A stretch of DNA of 52,345 nucleotides from Fibrobacterales bacterium (GTDB lineage: Bacteria; Fibrobacterota; Fibrobacteria; Fibrobacterales; JAOPTW01), in the NCBI GenBank assembly GCA_051532035.1, contig JAOPTW010000064.1:1-52345 (forward strand), written 5' to 3'. Under the pieces are notes generated by a model that saw only the letters and a list, made by a program, of their open reading frames with translations, searched no databases and was not told where the DNA came from. Below, piece after piece: positions 39,772 through 49,382 of the stretch; position 1 is the stretch's first letter, and each line of letters starts with the position of its first letter. A program made the position numbers and the translations under genes.

Positions 39772-42142
39772 TAACTGGCTTTTTAGCAATCGATATAATA
39801 AATGGAAAGATCGAGTATTTTGGCTCATTCCCCATCTATTACTGCTTTCGCTTTTTCTTATTTCAGGACCGTATTCAATAAATACTGACCTTTATTCTAT
39901 CCTACCTGATAGTCTTCCTGCCAAACAACTTTCTGAGGTAGAACGAAAAATCACCCATTCATTTAATGGCGAGATTACTATTCTAATAGGACATCCCGAC
40001 TTTTCAACTGCTAAAAACCTCTCTGACACCTTTTATAATCACTCAATTACTATTCCATTCATTGACACAATACACTATAAAATCAATGCCAATGCATTCG
40101 GAGCAGTACAATCTTTTTTTAATACCTATAAACATCAGTTTCTTGCCCCTGATGTTATACAAGCTCTTAAGCAAAATAATATCTCGAAACTGAGGGAAGA
40201 TGCATTTTTCACTCTTTCCAGCCCCGTTTCCATTGGTGCGCTTGATTATCTTGATGAAGACCCGTATTTATTGGCACATCAAAATTTTCAATACTTCATT
40301 GAAACTAATATCACAATGAACACCGCTATGAATCTTCAAGACTCTGTTTTAACCCGGAACTATAATGGAATGTCATGGATTCTCATGCGTATGCATTTAC
40401 AAAACAACAGTAGCATAGATACAAAAAACAGTCCTATTCCCCAATTACAAAACCTCGCTCATAGACTCCAGAAAACAAATGACAGCCTTACTGTAGTTTT
40501 TTCAGGTATCCCCTTTCATTCATATGAAAGCACCATTAAATCTCACAAAGAGATAACCATACTGAGTACGTTATCCACCATATTTTTAATTATTCTAGTA
40601 CTCTATGTATTTCGATCCATTGCACCCCTCATCTCTAGTATTCTTGCCATCAGTTTTGGCGCTGGAGCCGGGCTTGTTGCAACAATGTTCTATTTTAAAG
40701 ATATCCATATTTTCACTATTGTATTTGGTACGAGCTTAATTGGTATCAGCGTCGACTATTCATTCCACTTTTTATGTGAATGGGCATCAAACAAAAGAGA
40801 TCTTTGGGAAAATACTCTAAGGAAGAAAATTTTTCCCGCTCTTTTAATTGGTTTAATCACAACAACAATAAGCTATGTAGGTTTTACCTTATCATCATTC
40901 CCATTACTACAGCAAATGGCTCTTTTTTCTATAGTAGGACTTACAAGCTCTTTCCTATCTGTCTTCCTTTTATTCCCCAGCCTCAATCTTCCTAAAAAGA
41001 GGACCCAAGAAAGTATCCTACAAATATCTACTGCAATTTATGCTTTCTATACGCTTCCCTATAAGATTCCCCCTATCATAAAAACATTAGTAGTCTTTAT
41101 TTTGGTATGCTTGATAGCATTCGGTTTACATCATTTCTCTATTAAAAATGATATTCGCAGTTTTTACAAAATGAGCAATGAACTCAAACACAATGAAATT
41201 CTTGCAAAAAACGTATTAGCCCATAATAGTAGCGGAGTCTATATCTTGACAGAAGGTACTTCACTTAATGATAACATTATTCGAGAGGAACGAATTATAG
41301 AGCAGCTTGAAGCGTTACAAAGCAGCTCTATATTACAATCATACATAAGTATTAGTCAATTTATTCCATCACAATCCAAACAAGATACCAATGTCAGTCT
41401 AATTAATAGAGTTCTTGCTCCAACAATTGAAGAGCAATTTAGCCTTCTTTCATATACCGAAAAAGAGGTTGTCCAATGGAATACAGACTATCTAAACAAA
41501 CCTCATTCCTATATAGCTATTAATGACTTTGAGAAATTGCCTATTGGTACCCTGGTATCTCAATTAAATATCGGTATGCATTCAAACAAATACTATACAA
41601 TGATTATGCTTTTTGGGATCAATGACATAGCCCCTCTCAAAAGTATTTGCCAACCCGATAACGGAATTTATTTGATAGATAAAGTTACTGACATTAATAA
41701 CACAATGCAAAGACTGAGTATCATGACATTGTATATACTCTTTTGTTCATACATATTAATTTATTTCGGATTATCAGTTCGTCATGGAGTAATCCAATCA
41801 TTTAAAACCATAATGATTCCTATTGCAGCAAGCTTTATTACTCTGTATATTTTAGAGATGCTCAACATCCAGATAAGCTTATTTGTCATAGTAGGCTTAA
41901 TTCTTATACCTGGAATGGGTACCGACTATTTGATTATTCTCACAGAAGCTAAAAGTGATATAAAACTTCCCTTACTTTCAATTACCATGAGCATGCTCAC
42001 AACCCTACTCGCCTTTGGTATGCTTGGTTTTTCATCATTTGCAAACTCTTTTGGGTTAACGGTAAGTATTGGCATTTTCTGGACTTATGTGCTTTGTTCA
42101 CTATTTGCACGTCCAATATCTAAAACCCGTTCAAAAATATAA
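39764..42142 (+). CDS. MMPL-family exporter (ApeM-like)
   Basis: INTDLYSILP, FGTSLIGISVDYSFH, GMGTDY, multiple TM segments. Confidence 0.9.
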   Translation: MNNNWLFSNRYNKWKDRVFWLIPHLLLLSLFLISGPYSINTDLYSILPDSLPAKQLSEVERKITHSFNGEITILIGHPDFSTAKNLSDTFYNHSITIPFIDTIHYKINANAFGAVQSFFNTYKHQFLAPDVIQALKQNNISKLREDAFFTLSSPVSIGALDYLDEDPYLLAHQNFQYFIETNITMNTAMNLQDSVLTRNYNGMSWILMRMHLQNNSSIDTKNSPIPQLQNLAHRLQKTNDSLTVVFSGIPFHSYESTIKSHKEITILSTLSTIFLIILVLYVFRSIAPLISSILAISFGAGAGLVATMFYFKDIHIFTIVFGTSLIGISVDYSFHFLCEWASNKRDLWENTLRKKIFPALLIGLITTTISYVGFTLSSFPLLQQMALFSIVGLTSSFLSVFLLFPSLNLPKKRTQESILQISTAIYAFYTLPYKIPPIIKTLVVFILVCLIAFGLHHFSIKNDIRSFYKMSNELKHNEILAKNVLAHNSSGVYILTEGTSLNDNIIREERIIEQLEALQSSSILQSYISISQFIPSQSKQDTNVSLINRVLAPTIEEQFSLLSYTEKEVVQWNTDYLNKPHSYIAINDFEKLPIGTLVSQLNIGMHSNKYYTMIMLFGINDIAPLKSICQPDNGIYLIDKVTDINNTMQRLSIMTLYILFCSYILIYFGLSVRHGVIQSFKTIMIPIAASFITLYILEMLNIQISLFVIVGLILIPGMGTDYLIILTEAKSDIKLPLLSITMSMLTTLLAFGMLGFSSFANSFGLTVSIGIFWTYVLCSLFARPISKTRSKI

Positions 42143-42221
42143 GTACTGATAAAACATGCTATTTTGTTACGCAGACAATCGTGTGTAAACCAGGTTAATG
42201 CCATCAAATGCCATGTAAATT

Positions 42222-42857
42222 ATGACGATTTATCTATCTTTGGGTCTGTATAAGAACAATCTACAGGGCTTAACTTTGAAATTAAAGTTGCTGATTTTTG
42301 TATTAGTTATGCTTTTAAATTCATGCTGTATTTCTCAGAAAAAACAACTTGATCTGAATTTTAAAACAATTAACCTTACAGATAACACGAGCATTGAAAT
42401 CCTACCTCCTTCAGCGTCAGGAATTCCAAAAAACAACCTACAAACTATTACAGGTATCCATAATAATGAAACTGATATTTTTACTGGTTTTTTGAGTATT
42501 ACTCCCGATCACATTGATCTGTCTGTGTTGACCCCTATGGGAATTACCATTTTCCAAATATCCTATACTGAAACGGAATTGGACTGGAAAGGTTCGTTCA
42601 TGATTCCTAAAAATACTAATGGTGCTTATGTTATCGCTGACACACAAATCATTTATTATCCAGATGCTGCAGTTAGAAAAATGATCGAAAATTCAGGACT
42701 TACATACGAAACTAAAGAATTACCCCAAGGCTGGACAAGAAAAATTTATAACCGTTCGGCCTTAATTATTGAAGTAACAAAACAAAATAACCGTATGCAT
42801 TATATTAACCATTTTCGAAAGTACGAATACATCATTGAGGATTCAATTAATGAATGA
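42222..42857 (+). CDS. DUF3261-like lipoprotein (ApeN-like)
   Basis: Lipobox-like LLNSC, LTPMGITIFQISY, YVIADTQIIYYP; position before KS. True start possibly TTG near 42276. Confidence 0.75.
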   Translation: MTIYLSLGLYKNNLQGLTLKLKLLIFVLVMLLNSCCISQKKQLDLNFKTINLTDNTSIEILPPSASGIPKNNLQTITGIHNNETDIFTGFLSITPDHIDLSVLTPMGITIFQISYTETELDWKGSFMIPKNTNGAYVIADTQIIYYPDAAVRKMIENSGLTYETKELPQGWTRKIYNRSALIIEVTKQNNRMHYINHFRKYEYIIEDSINE

Positions 42858-44034
42858 CACCATCTATATCAATGATCTAGGAATTCTCAATGCCCAAGCC
42901 GTAGGTAAGAAAGAAGTATTACATTCGATTCTTTCGGGTAAACAGAATGCATTTACAAATCAAGTAGTTCATGATGAAACGTACCCTATTTTTTCATTTC
43001 CAAACTATGACAAAAATGAGCTACAACAACTCAACAATAACCGATTACTGTACCTCATATCTAAAGCATGTAACCAAATTGAAGATACTGTTAAATATTT
43101 TAAAGAAAAATATGGCATTCACAGAATTGGTGTACTCTTTGGTTCTACAGACAATGGTTCCGAAATTTCTCTTTCCGCACTTGAATCACTATCAACTACG
43201 GGCACCTTTCCCTCATCATTTACTTTAGAGCAACAACAAGGTCACTACCCTGCCGAATTTATCAAAAACCATTTTGGACTTAAGTCATATTGTTCATCTG
43301 TTTCAAGTGCCTGTACATCAAGTGCAAGTGCAATAATAAAGGCCAACAAACTTTTAAAATCGGGAATTCTCGATGCGGTAATTGTTGGTGGGGCCGATAT
43401 TGTTTCCGAAGCAGTGTTAAAGGGTTTTATTTCACTCGACGCCGTAAGTAAAAAGCCTACCAATCCCTTCAGTAAAAATAGAAAGGGGATCAACCTTGGT
43501 GAAGGTGCAGCGCTCTTTGTCATATCAAAAGACTCCTGTAATAAGCCTGGGATTAGTATAATAGGAGATGCTGAGTGCTCCGATGCTCATCACAATACTG
43601 CTCCTGACCCAGAAGGTAAGGGCGCTATTAGCGCTATGTATAAAGCATTGGAAAAAGCAAATAAAACAACAGTTGATTACATTAATTTACATGGTACTGG
43701 CACTGCCCTTAACGATAGTATGGAGGCACTAGCGACCCATACCGTTTTTAATGACCATCCTCATTGCTCAACGACCAAACCAATGACAGGACACACCTTA
43801 GGCGCTGCAGGCGCAATGGAATTGGGTATCTGCTGGCTTCTGTTATCGGAGTTCAACACCAATAATTCGCTTCCACCACAAATTTCGGATGGTATTCACG
43901 ATGAAAAATTGCCTCCATTAAATTTTGTCCCATTTTCACATACTGATACTCCAATCAACACATGCATGAGTAACAATTATGCATTTGGTGGATGTAACAC
44001 CAGTATTATACTATCCAAGGAGGGTCTTTCATGA
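42850..44034 (+). CDS. Beta-ketoacyl-ACP synthase (ApeO-like)
   Basis: SSACTSS, HGTGT and GHTLGAAG catalytic C-H-H; NYAFGG. Confidence 0.93.
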   Translation: MNDTIYINDLGILNAQAVGKKEVLHSILSGKQNAFTNQVVHDETYPIFSFPNYDKNELQQLNNNRLLYLISKACNQIEDTVKYFKEKYGIHRIGVLFGSTDNGSEISLSALESLSTTGTFPSSFTLEQQQGHYPAEFIKNHFGLKSYCSSVSSACTSSASAIIKANKLLKSGILDAVIVGGADIVSEAVLKGFISLDAVSKKPTNPFSKNRKGINLGEGAALFVISKDSCNKPGISIIGDAECSDAHHNTAPDPEGKGAISAMYKALEKANKTTVDYINLHGTGTALNDSMEALATHTVFNDHPHCSTTKPMTGHTLGAAGAMELGICWLLLSEFNTNNSLPPQISDGIHDEKLPPLNFVPFSHTDTPINTCMSNNYAFGGCNTSIILSKEGLS

Positions 44035-44501
44035 TTGAGCTCCCCATAGAAAAGCCAGAACTCTATCAATACTCTCCGCATCAAAACGGAATGCTCTTAT
44101 TAGACACCGTTGAAGCGTATGACCTCGATTCTGTATCATTACATTCATCTGTGACAGTATCACCCCAAAGTGGTTTCTACAACGTTCATAATAACGTAAT
44201 ACCAATATGGGTATCTTTTGAATATATGGCGCAAAACATTGCAGTACTTTCGGGGATTAACTATAAAATCAAAGGTGAACTTCCCAAAATTGGTTTCATA
44301 TTATCAGTAACAAATTTTAAAACGTTTAAAGACTCTTTTAACAATGGAGAAAAAATAACGATCTCCGTTCAGCAAGAATATAGGGAAGGTGACATTGCAG
44401 TCTTTAATGGACAAAGCTTTGTTAACCAGGAATTATATTGTTCAACGACCTTGACTGTCATTGAAGCAAGCTCCGAATTAATGGACAAATTCAAAAATTA
44501 A
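44031..44501 (+). CDS. Hotdog-fold dehydratase partner (ApeP-like)
   Basis: PHQNGMLLLD, EYMAQ, IGFILSV. Confidence 0.88.
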   Translation: MIELPIEKPELYQYSPHQNGMLLLDTVEAYDLDSVSLHSSVTVSPQSGFYNVHNNVIPIWVSFEYMAQNIAVLSGINYKIKGELPKIGFILSVTNFKTFKDSFNNGEKITISVQQEYREGDIAVFNGQSFVNQELYCSTTLTVIEASSELMDKFKN

Positions 44502-44526
44502 CAACATATATTATCGGAAATAAAAA

Positions 44527-45252
44527 ATGAATAAAAATGTACTCATTACCGGCGCAAGTAAAGGAATTGGACGAGCTATTGCAATTGAATCAGCATTACT
44601 TGGCTTTGATATTGTTGTTCACTACAATAAAGACAAAGCTGGTGCAGAAGCCACTGCAGAGCGCGTAAAAGAACTTGGACAACATGCTTCAATTCTATCT
44701 TTTGACATTTCAAATCGAGAGCAAACCAAAGCTGTATTAGAAAAAGACATTGAAGAAAACGGAATGTATTATGGTATCGTATGCAATGCCGGTGTTACTG
44801 CAGACGCTGCATTCCCAGCCTTAGAAGACAGTGAGTGGGATACAGTTATCAACACCAACCTCAACGGTTTTTATAATGTTGTTAAACCGCTCGTCATGCC
44901 CATGGTTAGAACAAAAAAACCTGGAAGAATAGTAACACTCTCTTCTGTTTCAGGAATAACTGGTAACAGAGGACAAGTTAATTATAGCGCATCAAAAGCT
45001 GGTATCATTGGGGCAACAAAGGCATTAGCTGTGGAACTTGGAAAAAGAGATATCACAGTTAATTGCGTTGCGCCAGGTATCATTGAGAGTGAGATGACTG
45101 AGAATATTGAATGGGATAGAATCAAACCATCTATTCCTTTAAATAGAATGGGAAAACCTGAAGAAGTTGGAGCCCTTGTTGCATTTTTATTATCCGACAA
45201 AGCATCTTACATTAGCCGCCAAGTATTATCGGTCAATGGAGGTATGATTTGA
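44527..45252 (+). CDS. fabG: 3-oxoacyl-ACP reductase (ApeQ-like)
   Basis: TGASKGIG, NAG, DAAFPAL, YSASK, NCVAPG. Confidence 0.95.
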   Translation: MNKNVLITGASKGIGRAIAIESALLGFDIVVHYNKDKAGAEATAERVKELGQHASILSFDISNREQTKAVLEKDIEENGMYYGIVCNAGVTADAAFPALEDSEWDTVINTNLNGFYNVVKPLVMPMVRTKKPGRIVTLSSVSGITGNRGQVNYSASKAGIIGATKALAVELGKRDITVNCVAPGIIESEMTENIEWDRIKPSIPLNRMGKPEEVGALVAFLLSDKASYISRQVLSVNGGMI

Positions 45253-46475
45253 GTAAACGTGTTGTCATTACAGGAGGAGCAGCAATAACTCCACTCGGAA
45301 GCGACTGGAACGTCATTAAAGAGAAGCTGATAGCCAAAGAAAACAGCATTATTCGCATGAACGATTGGGATAAATATAAAAGACTTCAAACAAAATTAGC
45401 GGCTCCTGCAGCGTGGACCCCTCCCAAGTATTCAAGAAAACAGACAAGAGGAATGGGCAAAGTTGCCTTGATGGCTGTGCATACAGCAGAATCAGCATTA
45501 GAGGATGCGGGGCTCATTGGTCATTCTGTTCTTACCGGGGGACTTACAGGCGTCTCTTATGGGTCTTCAACAGGTAATGTCGATGCACTATTAGACTTTT
45601 ACTCAATGTTTTCAAATAACGACCTTCAAGGTATTACCGCTACATCATATATCAAATCAATGCCTCAAACGTGTGCAGTAAATATTGGTATATTTTTTGG
45701 TTTAAAAGGTCGTCTTCTTACCACAAATACAGCATGTACCGCAGGCAGTCTTTCCATAGGAATGGGATATGAGGCAATTGAATCCGGCAAACAAACGGTC
45801 ATGGTATGTGGTGGCGCTGAGGAATTGAGTCCAACAGGGCCTGCAATATTCGATACTCTTTTTTCTGCAAGCACTGCAAATGACGCCCCAAAAACGTCGC
45901 CAAGACCCTTTGACATTGATCGCGATGGGCTTGTCATTGGTGAAGGTGCGGGCACCGTTATTCTTGAAGAGCTTGAACATGCACGGTCAAGAGGTGCACA
46001 TATTTATGCCGAAATAGTTGGTTTCGGGACAAATACCGACGGTGCACATATAACCAAACCCAATAAAGAAACCATGGAAATAGCACTAAAACTTGCCCTT
46101 GAGGACGCCCAAATATCTCAGGATAAAATCGACTATGTAAATGGCCATGGTACTGCTACGATACATGGGGACATTGCCGAAACGCAGGCAACATCAAATA
46201 CATTCAAACGAAAAGTACCTTACAGTACCTTAAAAAGTTACATAGGACATACTCTCGGAGCATGTGGCGCCATTGAAAGCTGGTTAAGCATAAAAATGAT
46301 GAATGATAATTGGATCGCCCCCAACTTAAACCTTACCAATATTGATCCAGAGTGTGGTGATCTGGAGTATATCGTTGGTGATGGTAAAGAGATAGTGGCG
46401 AATTATATTATGTGTAATAACTTTGCGTTCGGTGGCATCAATACCTCACTAATATTTAAACGCTGGAATGAATAA
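45249..46475 (+). CDS. fabF: Beta-ketoacyl-ACP synthase II (ApeR-like)
   Basis: RVVITG, TACTAG, HGTAT, GHTLGACG, NNFAFGGIN. TTG start overlaps the fabG stop. Confidence 0.93.
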   Translation: MSKRVVITGGAAITPLGSDWNVIKEKLIAKENSIIRMNDWDKYKRLQTKLAAPAAWTPPKYSRKQTRGMGKVALMAVHTAESALEDAGLIGHSVLTGGLTGVSYGSSTGNVDALLDFYSMFSNNDLQGITATSYIKSMPQTCAVNIGIFFGLKGRLLTTNTACTAGSLSIGMGYEAIESGKQTVMVCGGAEELSPTGPAIFDTLFSASTANDAPKTSPRPFDIDRDGLVIGEGAGTVILEELEHARSRGAHIYAEIVGFGTNTDGAHITKPNKETMEIALKLALEDAQISQDKIDYVNGHGTATIHGDIAETQATSNTFKRKVPYSTLKSYIGHTLGACGAIESWLSIKMMNDNWIAPNLNLTNIDPECGDLEYIVGDGKEIVANYIMCNNFAFGGINTSLIFKRWNE

Positions 46476-46518
46476 CCCTTTTTTTCCAAAATATATCGGG
46501 CCTAAAACAACGCCCACC

Positions 46519-48099
46519 CTACGAACTACAAGACAATAAAGCACACCCCGGAGTATCAAGAGCCCAATCAGGCGCAGGTCGCTGGTATCGTACCTCTGAG
46601 GGCTGCAAGTAGGGGGTTTTCATGTTCTTTTCAAGCTCCCGAAATAAGGTTTCATCACCGAGTTCCAATTGCTGGATAGCTTCATGCAGATCACAATTGC
46701 GGAGAATAAATGCAGGATTATTGGCCTCCATAACACCAACAGATCTACTACTCCCCCACTCTGCTTCTCCTACATACTCCTTATAGGCAGTGATAAAGGT
46801 CCGAAGCTGTTCAAATAGGGCGTTGTGTGGGTGTTCACTCTCTGGGGACATAAGTACGGTAAAGCCTTCGAGGATTGTTGATTCATACGGCTGTTTTCTG
46901 AGTGCAATAAGTTCTCTATAAAAGAGTGTATAGTCAAAGCCCCCCCTTTGTAACAGACCGAGGAGATCCTGCAAGAGTGATTTATTACTCTCTGATCCGT
47001 TGTGGCTGAGACCCAATTTATTCTCCAACATACTCATGTATTTTGCATTAAACCGGTCCCCCATACTCTCGAGTACCTCTTTAAAGCTTTCACCTTCGGA
47101 GAGGACTGGCTCTAAGGCCTCAGATAACTTTTCAAGGTTCCAGCAGGCAATAGACGGCTGCCGACCAAAAGCATAGCGACGCCCAGGAAGGTCTGTTGTA
47201 TTGGGGGTAAACGAGAGATCGTAATGATCAACCATTGAGTAAGGGCCATAGTCTATGGTGAGCCCGAGTATCGACATGTTGTCGGTGTTCATCACACCAT
47301 GAGTAAAGCCAACCCGCATCCAATCAACAATCATATCAAGAGTACGCTCAACAATCTCTTCAAAACAGGCTACAAAAACTCCCGGTTTTGTACTATCAAG
47401 ACTCGGAAAATGTTCATCAATGGTATAGGTAGCAAGCTCTTTGAGGAGATCGTACTCCTTACACCAGTTGAGTATTTCGAAATTGCCAAATCTGAGGAAT
47501 GAAGGTGCAGTTCGACAGACGACCGCTCCGGGCTCTGGTTTTGCATTGCCATCATAAAACATATCACGCACTACGTCATCGCCCGTAGTACAAAGGCTTA
47601 AGGCGCGAGTCGTAGAAACACCAAGGTGATACATGGCCTCGCTCATAAGATATTCGCGAACTGATGACCGGAGTACGGCACGTCCATCAGCTCTTCGAGA
47701 ATACGGTGTTTCACCTGCCCCTTTTAATTGGAGTTCCCATCGTTCACCTTGAGGAGTTATCCATTCGCCAAGGTTAATTGCTCTGCCATCACCTAACTGC
47801 CCTGCCCACTGACCAAATTGATGACCACCATAGCGATAGGCATAGGGCGTTTCACCCTCTTTAACATGATTACCTGAAAGGAGTTTTGTATCAGCAGTAT
47901 TCAAAGGAAATGCTATTCCAAGTTCAGCAGAGAGCTCTTCTGAGCTCGCAACAATCTTTGGTACTTGAGTAGCGGTAGGATTTACCAGAGAAAAAAGCAC
48001 CTCAGGTGTAGGACGTGGATAGTTATTATAACTACTATCACCAGGAAAGCGATTGATAAAGGTAAATTGAAAAGGGTGTTCACTCAGTGATTTATACAT
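46519..48099 (-). CDS. selO: Protein adenylyltransferase SelO/YdiU
   Basis: YGGHQFGQWAGQLGDGRA, LKGAGETPYSRRADGRAVLRSS, HGVMNTDN, C-terminal CALLSCSS. Confidence 0.96.
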   Translation of the reverse strand: MYKSLSEHPFQFTFINRFPGDSSYNNYPRPTPEVLFSLVNPTATQVPKIVASSEELSAELGIAFPLNTADTKLLSGNHVKEGETPYAYRYGGHQFGQWAGQLGDGRAINLGEWITPQGERWELQLKGAGETPYSRRADGRAVLRSSVREYLMSEAMYHLGVSTTRALSLCTTGDDVVRDMFYDGNAKPEPGAVVCRTAPSFLRFGNFEILNWCKEYDLLKELATYTIDEHFPSLDSTKPGVFVACFEEIVERTLDMIVDWMRVGFTHGVMNTDNMSILGLTIDYGPYSMVDHYDLSFTPNTTDLPGRRYAFGRQPSIACWNLEKLSEALEPVLSEGESFKEVLESMGDRFNAKYMSMLENKLGLSHNGSESNKSLLQDLLGLLQRGGFDYTLFYRELIALRKQPYESTILEGFTVLMSPESEHPHNALFEQLRTFITAYKEYVGEAEWGSSRSVGVMEANNPAFILRNCDLHEAIQQLELGDETLFRELEKNMKTPYLQPSEVRYQRPAPDWALDTPGCALLSCSS

Positions 48100-48238
48100 A
48101 GTACGTCTACGATTATATATTTACCTATAAAAGTAGATCATGATGCAATTCAAGACGGTGAGGATCTCAAAGATAGTACAACATTGGATGATTGATATCA
48201 AACTAATGCAGACCATCTCGGAGTACGATAGAGACAAA

Positions 48239-48736
48239 CTACTTTGGTGACAGCTCTTTGACTACGAGGGAATCAGAATAGAGTGTGAGGGTATCGAGAT
48301 CTCTCGCAACAGCTACGCCTTCATAAAGCGCCGTATACCCAATGATCAATGGAATATTTTTTGGAACCGTAAAGCGAATAACATAACGAGAGTCAGACTG
48401 ACTAGACGTTTCAAGGGCAATAAATGGTTCGGCTTGAGGGTGGACAATAAAGCCGACAATAATACTATCAATTAATATATGGCTATTATCGTAATGCAAT
48501 GAGTATTCAAGAGAGCCGAACTCAAAATTGGTATCAAGCCGCCCTCCTTTTAGGGAACTGTCTTTTAGGCTCACTACAGTCACATTGGAGTCAGCATCAA
48601 TTTCACTATCATAGTGTTCTATACCCTTAGCGTCTACTGTGGGAGTAGTTACTCCATCCTCAAAACATCCCGTCAACGGGAGCACTGTTACAGCAAATAA
48701 AATGAGCGCTATACGGGTGTACTTGTGATTCATCAC
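48239..48736 (-). CDS. Hypothetical lipoprotein
   Basis: AGAGAGG RBS, lipobox LTGC, beta-rich domain. Confidence 0.7.
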   Translation of the reverse strand: MMNHKYTRIALILFAVTVLPLTGCFEDGVTTPTVDAKGIEHYDSEIDADSNVTVVSLKDSSLKGGRLDTNFEFGSLEYSLHYDNSHILIDSIIVGFIVHPQAEPFIALETSSQSDSRYVIRFTVPKNIPLIIGYTALYEGVAVARDLDTLTLYSDSLVVKELSPK

Positions 48737-48826
48737 AATTACCTCTCTTTATTGTCTACGACAAAACTACCTTCTTACCAAAGCATAAATCCAACCGTAA
48801 CCCAATGTTTACATTAGACAAACCTG

Positions 48827-48848
48827 TAGTGTGATCCCGGTCACACTA
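48827..48848. promoter_or_regulatory. Palindrome TAGTGTGA-TCCCGG-TCACACTA (CRP-type box or hairpin)
   Basis: Perfect 8-bp arms containing TGTGA-N6-TCACA. Confidence 0.55.
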
Positions 48849-48869
48849 TTTTCCAGAAAAGCTCAAATA

Positions 48870-49210
48870 GGTAAAGACAAGTATAGTCTTAGGGGATTGA
48901 ATGTCTACGAATGGGAGTCAAAAGAAAAACTCATGGCGGAGGGACTCAGTACAAATACATCACCCGATGTATCACCACTAAACAATGTACTCAATCTAAC
49001 TCACACCATGGAGTTCAAGGAGACTTCTCCTTCTCGTGTATTGATTCCAATGGTATCTCTACACAAATAGGCGAAGAATCCTAGTTTAAATTTCAGATAA
49101 TTCGACTACACAGGAGAGAGGCGTGCAGTCGAATCACCCGGAAAGGTTCCTCAGATTAGTTCTTTCGATTCACATCGATAGAGTAACCATCCTTTCCCCC
49201 TTTCGGTATT
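48870..49210 (-). ncRNA. Candidate structured non-coding RNA or long leader, family unassigned
   Basis: Three adjacent helical domains. Many helix positions are G-U on the minus strand and A-C mismatches on the plus strand. Confidence 0.6.
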
Positions 49211-49382
49211 ACAGAAAATATTAAACTAAAAGGGTAAAATTAAATTGTTAACAAAAGTTTACATTGCTCACATTTCACTATATCGAAACTGTATTTTGTA
49301 TGCCGCTCAATAACAAGTTCTAGAACAGTTATAGGTCTTAAACTATCTTTCAAATAGAGATTTATGCATAGGGATCTGATCT

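Noticed and set aside
46519..46540. Selenocysteine at the SelO C-terminus
   Set aside because: The protein ends CSS followed by TAG, with no in-frame TGA.
48935..48970. SAM-I riboswitch-like GGCGGAGGGACT on the plus strand
   Set aside because: The flanking AUC-AGAG, GGCCC, GCAACC and GGUGC elements are missing, and the structure favours the minus strand.
48831..49070. 79-aa ORF on the plus strand
   Set aside because: No RBS or recognisable fold; it overlaps the structured RNA candidate.
49125..49160. Hammerhead core CUGAGGA on the minus strand
   Set aside because: The following stem ends in GAUU rather than GAAA, so the core is incomplete.
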